From: Fidelibacterota bacterium
Lineage (GTDB): Bacteria; Fidelibacterota; Marinisomatia; Marinisomatales; S15-B10
Reading direction: 5' to 3'
Length of the DNA stretch: 12,696 nucleotides
Assembly: GCA_046861655.1 (NCBI GenBank)
Contig: JBHIAI010000047.1
Location: 1-12,696, forward strand
Shown: one piece after another, positions 1 through 7,025 of the stretch
How the letters are laid out: each line of letters starts with the position of its first letter
Numbering within the stretch: position 1 is the first letter of the stretch
Translations under genes and position numbers: made by a program
Notes under the pieces: generated by a model
The model's database searches: none
The model's input: the letters and a program-made list of their open reading frames with translations, nothing else
What the model was told of the DNA's origin: nothing

Positions 1-268
1 GGTATTCATTGAATACATTCGTGATTTCCCCATTGATCTGAGGTTCCAAGGTCAACATCTCCCCGGTGGCAACCTCCATTATCTCTGCGTTAGGTAGTAT
101 TTCCTCTATCTCTCCTTTGGTCAAGGCTTTTTGTACACCTATTATTGCATTACTTAGTTCGAACATTACAGGATGGATGTCGTTCTGTTGTCCGAAACAC
201 AAGGATTGCTGCAGTACACAGACCGTGAGAAAGAGGGATATGGTGCTAAGGCGATCCAGGTTTCCCAT
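1..268 (-). CDS. Secreted, predicted helical protein (5' part only; possibly cytochrome c'/four-helix-bundle-like)
   Basis: Not in the ORF track because it runs off the window. ATG at 268, 10 nt after the porin stop, open to the edge: MGNLDRLSTISLFLTVCVLQQSLCFGQQNDIHPVMFELSNAIIGVQKALTKGEIEEILPNAEIMEVATGEMLTLEPQINGEITNVFNEY. Signal-peptide-like N-terminus, then an amphipathic helical pattern. No CxxCH in the visible part, so the cytochrome idea is inference only. Confidence 0.7.
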   Translation of the reverse strand, partial: MGNLDRLSTISLFLTVCVLQQSLCFGQQNDIHPVMFELSNAIIGVQKALTKGEIEEILPNAEIMEVATGEMLTLEPQINGEITNVFNEY

Positions 269-278
269 CTGAATTGTG

Positions 279-1619
279 CTAGAATACCGCGGCAAGCTCA
301 ATCCCGAACAGGTTTCTGTCACCGTTGCCAGGATCGAAGGGAGATGAATCGATCAGGTAATACCAGTCACGCCCTATTTCCACCTTCACCATCAGCCGCG
401 GGTTAGGCCTCCAGCCCCAACCGAGGGAAAGCCTCCTGAATCGCTTCGTATCATAGCCAAATGCTCCCCCCCCGGCAGTTGTTTTACCATCGAAATGGTA
501 TCCCTCTTGGGAGCTGTACGTTCCAATCTCGCTATACCTCGCAACTACATAACTTTCTTGAGTAATTCTGAAAGAGGGCTCTATGGAGAACCAACTCCAC
601 TCCCGGCTGAATGTCTCTTCACGATCTTTCAAGAACGCTCTTCCGAATGAGCTCAATATATAGCTATGCTGCGGGAATTCTCCTAAATCATATTTGGCAT
701 CGATTTCATAAAGATTCGCCCTCACCTTTTCATTGCTACTGGATCCGGAACTGGACTTATGATTAGCGCCGACCGGTTCGAAATGGCTTCCCCCGAACTC
801 GATTGCACTCCTTCCAGACATACCGTTCCCCATTAAACTTGCACTAAGATAGAATCGCTCCCAAAGATTCCCGTAAACCTTGAGATTAACAGCCTTGCTC
901 GGATGATCCTCTATACTCCGTTTTAGCGTTCCATCAGCAATTGCCAGAATCCATCTCACGCCTGATATCCCTCCATACAGAAGGATACCTTCATCCCAAC
1001 CATATGGGTATGGGGCTGAGTTTGAAATCAGTGGGTTGTCAGATGCGTCTTGCCAAAGGTATTCCTCCCCAAATGGGATATCGATCCGACCTACTTTCAT
1101 GCCCAGCAAACCATCCCCGCGTTTGCTGAGAATATGGCGAAAGTGAACGTAAACTTCCCCGGTACGGATTGATAGGGTACTGTCCTCACCCAGCCGGTTG
1201 GCCTGAACTTCCACGTAGAATGTGGCATCTGTCCATACATCCGCCTCCAGAAAGAGAGACGCCTCCTTAATAAGGAAACCGCCTTCTGGCCTCGTCCCCC
1301 TTTTCCCAGTATCAAGGAAACCGGCCCCAATGAAACCTGAGATCTCGATATTCCTATACCAGGGCCTGGCAAGGACGTGTGCGGAAGATTCTTCCCGGAG
1401 GGATTCAACCTCCTCGCCGGATAGATCTACGTATTCTCCCCCATGAGAATCATATTGCTCAGGACGATGCTGTTGGACCTGAATTTGCTGCGTTGACTCT
1501 TGCACATGTGGAAGAGTGTCCGCCTCGATAGATACCGATGAGGTATTTTCTTCCTGAGAAATACTCGTGCTCGGGAAAAAGGCAAACAAGAAGCCAAACA
1601 CGATGGCTGGTCTCTTCAC
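279..1619 (-). CDS. Outer-membrane beta-barrel (porin-like) protein
   Basis: 446 aa, GTG start, signal peptide (MKRPAIVFGFLFAFFPSTSIS), alternating aromatic/hydrophobic strands, porin-like KVGRIDIPFGEEY segment, C-terminal Phe strand (LFGIELAAVF) typical of BAM substrates. Confidence 0.85.
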   Translation of the reverse strand: MKRPAIVFGFLFAFFPSTSISQEENTSSVSIEADTLPHVQESTQQIQVQQHRPEQYDSHGGEYVDLSGEEVESLREESSAHVLARPWYRNIEISGFIGAGFLDTGKRGTRPEGGFLIKEASLFLEADVWTDATFYVEVQANRLGEDSTLSIRTGEVYVHFRHILSKRGDGLLGMKVGRIDIPFGEEYLWQDASDNPLISNSAPYPYGWDEGILLYGGISGVRWILAIADGTLKRSIEDHPSKAVNLKVYGNLWERFYLSASLMGNGMSGRSAIEFGGSHFEPVGANHKSSSGSSSNEKVRANLYEIDAKYDLGEFPQHSYILSSFGRAFLKDREETFSREWSWFSIEPSFRITQESYVVARYSEIGTYSSQEGYHFDGKTTAGGGAFGYDTKRFRRLSLGWGWRPNPRLMVKVEIGRDWYYLIDSSPFDPGNGDRNLFGIELAAVF

Positions 1620-1851
1620 TGGATTGGACGGGTGTCCCGAGCAGTGATGGGCGATTGGTTAAATAATTTTGTGATTACTTAAATATAATGAGGCAACTTT
1701 GGGGTTACAACATCTTGATGTGCTGTTATCTGAAATGAGGGATAGAATTGGTCTCGTGGCCTGAATACTCTTTGAATGACTCTCGTATCAACTTATTTTG
1801 TTTTGCAAGAACTCCGGCAGCGATCGTAACTCATCAGCTCTTCCAGAAAGA

Positions 1852-2676
1852 ATGAAGATTCTCTTACCGTATCTTAGGTTGATACATCCCTTTACTTCGC
1901 TGGCTGTGACGATTGTGACAGTCATCATCGCAATGTCATCTGATCCTCCGTTCGATCTCCATCGCGTGTTCCTTGTTGGGTTTGTCATGCTTACCGTTCA
2001 GTTTTCATTTGGGGTCAGTAATGATGTGCTTGATCAACGCTACGACTCAGAAGCAAAACCCTGGAAACCGATACCCTCCAACAAAGTCAGAAAAAGGGGT
2101 GCCCTCATAATCTTCGCTACTCTCGTGGCCTGCTCATTTGCTTTATGTTCAGTTCTTGGTTGGATTCCACTGGGAATTATGCTTTTTGGCTTCTGCTGCG
2201 GCATGGCATATAACCTTGGCTTAAAGAGGACTCTTCTTTCGTGGCTGCCTCTTTCTCTGGCGGTTCCCACAATATTGGTGTGGGTGAGAGCCATTAATGA
2301 AAAGACGCCCAATGTCTTGTTTTGGTCGTATCCTTTGGGATTGCTACTCGGGCCTGCACTAAATCTGGCAAATCAATTGGCAGGCGCAGAAGAGGCTTCG
2401 TACAGTGGAGAACGCTCCCTCATTCACTTTCTCGGGGTGGTAAAAGGGCGTCGCGTTGCTGTCGGTTTATTCGCCCTTGTCACCCTATTCATGCCCATTG
2501 TTGTCCGGATTCACGACCTTCAAGTGGAAGTTGCCACAGTTGGATCTGTTGCAACGTTCTTGTTCATAGCAATATTTGCTGTCCTCGCAGAGTTTGATCA
2601 TCGGCTTGCGTTATGGCCTCTTGCGATCCTGATAGCATCAGTCCAGGGAGTTTTCTTTGTTTTGGCTATTCAATGA
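1852..2676 (+). CDS. UbiA-superfamily membrane prenyltransferase
   Basis: Multi-TM protein with LRLIHP N-terminus, first Asp-rich motif NDVLDQRYD followed by KPWKPIPS, and YNLGLKR motif. ATG at 1852 is preferred to the ORF-track start at 1798. Confidence 0.88.
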   Translation: MKILLPYLRLIHPFTSLAVTIVTVIIAMSSDPPFDLHRVFLVGFVMLTVQFSFGVSNDVLDQRYDSEAKPWKPIPSNKVRKRGALIIFATLVACSFALCSVLGWIPLGIMLFGFCCGMAYNLGLKRTLLSWLPLSLAVPTILVWVRAINEKTPNVLFWSYPLGLLLGPALNLANQLAGAEEASYSGERSLIHFLGVVKGRRVAVGLFALVTLFMPIVVRIHDLQVEVATVGSVATFLFIAIFAVLAEFDHRLALWPLAILIASVQGVFFVLAIQ

Positions 2677-3007
2677 GGGGAAGAAATATGAGAAGTAACT
2701 CAAACTTAGTTTCTCACTGCTTCGTCTGTCACACAAAACCCTCTAGCTTTCTCATTTGAAGATCATGAAGCTCAGCCAATCTGATGTATATCGGTTGTCA
2801 TATCCGTTGGCATCATAACAAGGACAGATAGGCAGTACAACTCCTCATTCTGAAGTCTTACCTAGTTAATTGCACTTAGGTAAGAAGCCAATGGACTGCC
2901 TAAATTATCTGGGAATCTCAGGAACATAGAAAAAATGCCAGCTTCAGTATGCTGCGCACAAGAAAGATCCCGATCAGAAATCATTACCAAGAAGAAGTAT
3001 TAGGAGG

Positions 3008-3682
3008 ATGAGGATCCTACGGCTAAAGATGGGGCTGGTGGTACCCCTGATAATCCTTGAGATTTCCACACCCGAGATGAGTGTAGCTCAACTGGAGGAA
3101 ACTGAAAATGTGAGCAGTGCCCAAGTTGATCTCTCGCAAAGGGTAACGTTTCGGCTGATTCCTGAAGAGAGCGAGATTCGCTTTGCGGTGATGGTCCCTA
3201 TCGTGCCGAACTTCTCGGGTCGAGCTGAACGGTTCGAAGGGACGATCGGTGGGGTTCCGTCCAACCTGGAAAAGGACGCTTTTGCCAAGATAGTTATCGA
3301 GGTGGCTGGTATGGAGACTGGCCTCAGACCGCGGGATCGAGATATGCATCGGGCATTGGAGGTACAAACCTATCCTGGAATCCGCTTTTCCATGAGGCCA
3401 GGGAAGCTGGAGTACCTCGGAAGACGCCCGATTGCGATTATGCTCGAGACCCTGTACCGATTGAAGGTGATCGGAACGTTGGAGATCCGTGGCGTAGAGC
3501 GCGAGATCACTATGGAAGTGGAATGGGAGGTGAATGGGAATTACATCCGCGTCTCTGGGGAGACCTCCCTGTTGTTAAGCGACTACGGAATAGAGCGGCC
3601 CCGAGCACCCTTCCTTCCAGTGCGGGTGAACGATGAAATTCAAGTTAGCTTTTCGGTTATCGGCATATTAACCAAAGATTAA
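3008..3682 (+). CDS. YceI-family lipid/polyisoprenoid-binding periplasmic protein
   Basis: N-terminal hydrophobic signal. YceI hallmarks: ESEIRF, TGLRPRDRDM, YPGIRF, GTLEIRGVEREI, LSDYGI. Start could be 3008 or the in-frame ATG at 3029. Confidence 0.9.
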   Translation: MRILRLKMGLVVPLIILEISTPEMSVAQLEETENVSSAQVDLSQRVTFRLIPEESEIRFAVMVPIVPNFSGRAERFEGTIGGVPSNLEKDAFAKIVIEVAGMETGLRPRDRDMHRALEVQTYPGIRFSMRPGKLEYLGRRPIAIMLETLYRLKVIGTLEIRGVEREITMEVEWEVNGNYIRVSGETSLLLSDYGIERPRAPFLPVRVNDEIQVSFSVIGILTKD

Positions 3683-3761
3683 GGTCAAAAAGCGTATAGC
3701 TCCTGTCTGCTTTTCTATTTCACCTGAGCCATGAATCTCAGCCAGTCTCATGGGCGATTCA

Positions 3762-3925
3762 TACTATCTGATGATGGAGCGGGAGATTGCCAAGTTTGTG
3801 GATTATTGCAATAATCTCCCGTATCATGAGCCTTTGAATAACTGCTCGCCCGCAGATCCCAATTATGGAAGTCACAGAGAATTCTAGATCATTCAGAAAA
3901 AATCAAACAAAGAGATGCCAAACTC
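3762..3925 (+). pseudogene. Degenerate C-terminal fragment of an IS3/IS481-type DDE transposase
   Basis: Reads YYLMMEREIAKFVDYCNNLPYHEPLNNCSPADPNYGSHRE, then after a frameshift ILDHSEKIKQR. This matches the family tail pattern LE.EI..FV.YYN..RYHESL.N.TPADVY.GR...IL..RE.IK. There is an in-frame TAG at 3885 and no N-terminal part. Confidence 0.75.
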
Positions 3926-4143
3926 ATAATCCGTTGATTGGGGTTTCGCGCTTGCCATCGAGCCAGGATTGCTGGCCGACCTGGGCCAACTATGCTCAGG
4001 TCCGGGACTCCGTGAGAAAGAAAAACAGGCCGTCAACGAGCGTGCGATTCACAACCTAAGGGAGCCTCCCCCGGATACCGACTCTGCGGATACCGACTGG
4101 ACAAAACTGCAGGTTTCTCGTCGGCATAAACTGAACTGGAACA

Positions 4144-4190
4144 GGCCTTTTAAGCCGTTGGCCGTGCGTTCGAGTCGCACCGGGCTCACA
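4144..4190 (+). tRNA. 3' half of tRNA-Lys(UUU), truncated (probable att-site duplication, not a functional tRNA)
   Basis: GGC-CTTTTAA-GCC anticodon arm (TTT at 4149-4151), variable region, T-arm GTGCG-TTCGAGT-CGCAC (4164-4180), acceptor 3' strand CGGGCTC plus discriminator A. No complementary 5' acceptor strand or D-arm upstream. Confidence 0.85.
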
Positions 4191-4198
4191 CGGAAATC

Positions 4199-4236
4199 CC
4201 TGTCGGGAAGCCTATTTCCCGACGGGCTTTTCTCTT
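4199..4236 (+). terminator. Rho-independent terminator after the tRNA fragment
   Basis: Stem CCTGTCGGGAAG / TTTCCCGACGGG (two G-U pairs), loop CCTA, followed by CTTTTCTCTT. Confidence 0.75.
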
Positions 4237-4451
4237 AGAGGATACCTGGTGTAACGGAGGAGGATTACCAGATTTGGCCGTTTTTGGCCGGATCAGTACC
4301 ATTTTCGGATACCGATTGCCGGATACGGAGACCGGGGGGCTCTCTTGGAGAAATCAAGACATGGTTTACACGATTCATGAAGAACTCGTGCCTTTTCCAG
4401 ATACCGGCAGAATAGAATTGAATGTTTCGCAACTGTGAAATCGAAATCAGG

Positions 4452-4498
4452 AGCGGCCTTTTAGGCCGTTGGTGGTCCCGAAAGGTCGGGACCGGGCT
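4452..4498 (+). repeat. Second, diverged copy of the tRNA-Lys 3' fragment
   Basis: AGCGGCCTTTTAGGCCGTTGGTG-GTCCCGAAAGGTCGGGAC-CGGGCT aligns with GGCCTTTTAAGCCGTTGGCC-GTGCGTTCGAGTCGCAC-CGGGCT at 4144-4186. Confidence 0.75.
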
Positions 4499-4730
4499 TT
4501 GGAGTACCCCCCTACTCCTGAAACTCGGTGAGTTCCAGCGTATAGAGAATACTGCCATCCTTGTCCTTCCCAATGGCCTTCACAATCCCAACATTCGGGG
4601 CCAGGAAAGTTTCAACAGGATACTCTCCGTACGGGACATACGTCATGTCCCAAGTGGTGGAACCAGAGATAGTCTTTCAGCCACAACGATGAAAAGCGGG
4701 GGCAAAACTTCAACCGAATCCTTTTAGATC

Positions 4731-4773
4731 TGTGATATCTGTCACAACATGTGACTAACAGGTTTGATATACT
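4731..4773 (+). promoter_or_regulatory. CRP/FNR-family box with extended -10 (class II promoter geometry)
   Basis: TGTGA-tatctg-TCACA at 4731-4746 (centre 4738.5) and TGaTATACT at 4765-4773. If TATACT is -12..-7, then +1 is 4780 and the box is centred at -41.5. Confidence 0.6.
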
Positions 4774-4781
4774 TTGTATGC

Positions 4782-4811
4782 AAAAAGGGCTCCACCGAGC
4801 CCTTTTCTTTT
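4782..4811. terminator. Bidirectional intrinsic terminator (likely ends the cyclase transcript)
   Basis: AAAAGGGCTC-CACC-GAGCCCTTTT perfect 10-bp stem, with T-runs on both strands, about 95 nt past the cyclase stop. Confidence 0.8.
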
Positions 4812-4905
4812 GTCGCTCCTGAATACGGTTCCCAATTCCTTCACCCATCACTGGGCGGATTCGTGTCCAGTCCGACGTAACAGAACAGGATGTCAGTCGC
4901 GCGAG

Positions 4906-6306
4906 TTATAGTCTATAAACCTGAATATCCGTGGTTATTCCTTTCAGTTTTGCCGTATGTGCCTCGATATGTAATTCTTGAAGCTTTTCCCTCACGTCCG
5001 GAAACCGGAAAACGTCATCCGTAAGATATATCTCATCTGCGTCGGCGAGCTGCTGCACTCTCGATGCAATGTTTACTGTCTGTCCGAAGTAATCCAGGCG
5101 GTCATTCAACGTTACAGCAATGGAGTGACCCCGGTGCATTCCGATCTTCAGAATCAGTATCTTCTCCCCGTACTCCTCATTGAATCGTTCGATCCTTTCC
5201 AACATCCCCAAGGCAGCCTCTACAGCGTCAACGGGGCTGTAGAATGACGCCATTACAGCATCCCCGATTGTCTTGACAATGGCACCGTGGTTTCTGTTGA
5301 TCGCTTCCCGCAAATAGTCAAAATGTTGCCTTACGAGATCAAAGGCTTTCAGATCTCCTATCTTCTCATAAAGTGCCGTGGACCCTTTCAGGTCAGTAAA
5401 AACAAATGTTATGTCCCTGATGCTGATGCCATCATTGGTGGCGACCCTGTCTGATTCAAACAAATCTCGATAGGTTTGAGTGGTCAGGAGCTTCTTCCCG
5501 GAAAGAAAGGGTTCGAAATGGGGGCCTGATGGAGGGGATGGAAAACTGAAAATCGCGACGGGAAGCCGGTCCGGCGACGCGTTCTCCAGCCTCAGCGACA
5601 GTTTCCCCGGAGCCAGGGACTCAATATGCCTTTCAGGTTTTTTCACGATCCTATGAGAAAAAGACTGCACTTTCTCTTCGGTCTTTCCTTCCACTTGAAA
5701 TGAGAGTCCAAAGGAAGTGCCCAGAAACCCCGGGGTCACTTCCACCTCAAAGTCTCTTGTCTCACCCACCTCCAAAAACGTTAACAGCCTCCCGGAATCT
5801 ATCATCATGTCCACAAGTTTTCTGCCATCCTCGACGAGCGCATTCTGGCTGATTCTATATTTCAGAAAATAGTCCTCGGCAGAAAGGGAGTCGGGATCAT
5901 GACACCGAATCCTGCGAACCTGGGGGGATACTGTGAAGCTTACCTCAACCATGTCGTCCATTGAAGCTTCCCCGTCGAAGGCGCACATATTGCAGAAAAA
6001 TTCTGAATCCACGATCTCTAGGGAACTGAAACTCTCCACAACATCACCGCATCTGTTACATAACAACTGCCACTCCATTCGAAAAAGCCCCACCTTTCTC
6101 CCAAAGAGAAAGAGAATGATGGACTCTTCTTCTGAAATCTCCTTTTCTTTCGAAAACCGGATGGGATTGATTCGAAACAAAAGAAAGTCATTCCCGGAAC
6201 GAATGAATGATTCCAATTTCGCTATTACCCGGGGGCTCCAGGTCCTGGCCCGTTCGAGTTTTTCAAGTTTTTCCTCCAGGACATCCTCGTTGATTCCGAA
6301 AGTCAT
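4906..6306 (-). CDS. Class III adenylate cyclase with N-terminal Cys4 (DUF5939-like) domain
   Basis: FTDLKGST, KTIGDAVMA, KIGMHRG and LDYFGQTVNIASRV motifs. The Lys/Asp specificity pair suggests ATP. N-terminal FRINP, CNRC and CNMC. No TM segments. ATG at 6306 has AAGGGA 7 nt upstream; the ORF-track start at 6333 is the alternative. Confidence 0.92.
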   Translation of the reverse strand: MTFGINEDVLEEKLEKLERARTWSPRVIAKLESFIRSGNDFLLFRINPIRFSKEKEISEEESIILFLFGRKVGLFRMEWQLLCNRCGDVVESFSSLEIVDSEFFCNMCAFDGEASMDDMVEVSFTVSPQVRRIRCHDPDSLSAEDYFLKYRISQNALVEDGRKLVDMMIDSGRLLTFLEVGETRDFEVEVTPGFLGTSFGLSFQVEGKTEEKVQSFSHRIVKKPERHIESLAPGKLSLRLENASPDRLPVAIFSFPSPPSGPHFEPFLSGKKLLTTQTYRDLFESDRVATNDGISIRDITFVFTDLKGSTALYEKIGDLKAFDLVRQHFDYLREAINRNHGAIVKTIGDAVMASFYSPVDAVEAALGMLERIERFNEEYGEKILILKIGMHRGHSIAVTLNDRLDYFGQTVNIASRVQQLADADEIYLTDDVFRFPDVREKLQELHIEAHTAKLKGITTDIQVYRL

Positions 6307-6475
6307 ATCCGTTTCCCTTGACGTCGTATTCATGGACGGTCCACAAGATCGTCAGGAACGATTTATCCTGAAAGCTATCCCTCCCCAGTCTGAACGTAAT
6401 TTAGTGATCGAGAGCATATTACCTCATGTAAATCCTGTTGAGTGTACCGGGGGAGCTGTGAACAACCAAGCGAGC

Positions 6476-6850
6476 CTACTTTTTTCGCCAGACAAGGACG
6501 ACCGCGGAACCCAGGAGCAACCCCACGGTGTTGGCCACCAGATCACGCTTGCTGAAATACCCGTCCGGTCTTCTGGCGTCCCGAATTTCCTTGAGCAAAC
6601 CGGTCACAGCCGCACTCGTAACAGAAACGGGAAAAGCCTCTTCTTCCGTGAGATGAAACTTATTCACAGCCACGTACTGAGTGCTCAGCACCCATAAGAA
6701 ACTGAATGTCACGTGCTGAACTTTATCGAACGCCAACCATCGATCTTCAACGTGAAGACTGTCCTCCCCACCCTCCTGGGAAAGAACGGGGGTGGCCAGG
6801 AGGAATACGACGAGACACCCCACCAAGATGGACTTGAGAATATCTTTCAT
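6476..6850 (-). CDS. YfiM/DUF2279-like small membrane or exported protein
   Basis: Signal-like N-terminus. DRWLAFDKVQH, GLLKEIRD and FSKRDLVANTVG match the DK..H / KE..D / S..DL pattern of this family. GAGG RBS. Confidence 0.7.
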   Translation of the reverse strand: MKDILKSILVGCLVVFLLATPVLSQEGGEDSLHVEDRWLAFDKVQHVTFSFLWVLSTQYVAVNKFHLTEEEAFPVSVTSAAVTGLLKEIRDARRPDGYFSKRDLVANTVGLLLGSAVVLVWRKK

Positions 6851-7025
6851 GTCCTCAGCCTAATCCCTGGGGAGCCATGAGATTGCCACGCCCTCCCGAA
6901 GGTTCAGGAGGACTCGCAATGACGCACCTGGATACGGGACGACTTTATCGATCTCGAACTTCATGGATGGAGGGTAAATGAAAAAAGAATGAATTGCAAC
7001 CGACTTACGAATAGAAAAAAACGCT

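Larger units (their letters stand above)
4072..4408 (+). repeat. Dispersed direct repeats, consensus CGGATACCGA
   Basis: CGGATACCGACT at 4072-4083 and 4087-4098, CGGATACCGATT at 4306-4317, CGGATACGGAG at 4320-4330. Weaker copies: GGATACCTGG at 4240-4249 and CAGATACCGGC at 4398-4408. All are in the same orientation. Confidence 0.8.

Noticed and set aside
1660..1730. Specific regulator sites in the AT-rich porin/ubiA divergent gap (TGTGA half-site, TATAAT at 1684, ACATC-TT-GATGT palindrome)
   Set aside because: Probably a promoter region, but there are only half-sites or short palindromes and no matching -35, so no specific call is supportable.
4110..4190. Intact or intron-split tRNA-Lys
   Set aside because: No 5' acceptor strand or D-arm pairs with the 3' half. 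The anticodon loop is uninterrupted and no 5' exon or intron core is visible.
4072..4498. CRISPR array
   Set aside because: Repeats are only 10-12 nt and irregularly spaced, with no constant spacer length and no cas genes.
3865..4851. Short ORFs 3865-4059, 3969-4238, 4265-4573, 4422-4727 and 4612-4851 as real genes
   Set aside because: They cross the tRNA fragments, terminators and repeats, and have no convincing RBS or family signal.
5933..6697. 254-aa plus-strand ORF
   Set aside because: Antisense to the cyclase and YfiM-like genes; Ser-rich shadow composition and no motif.
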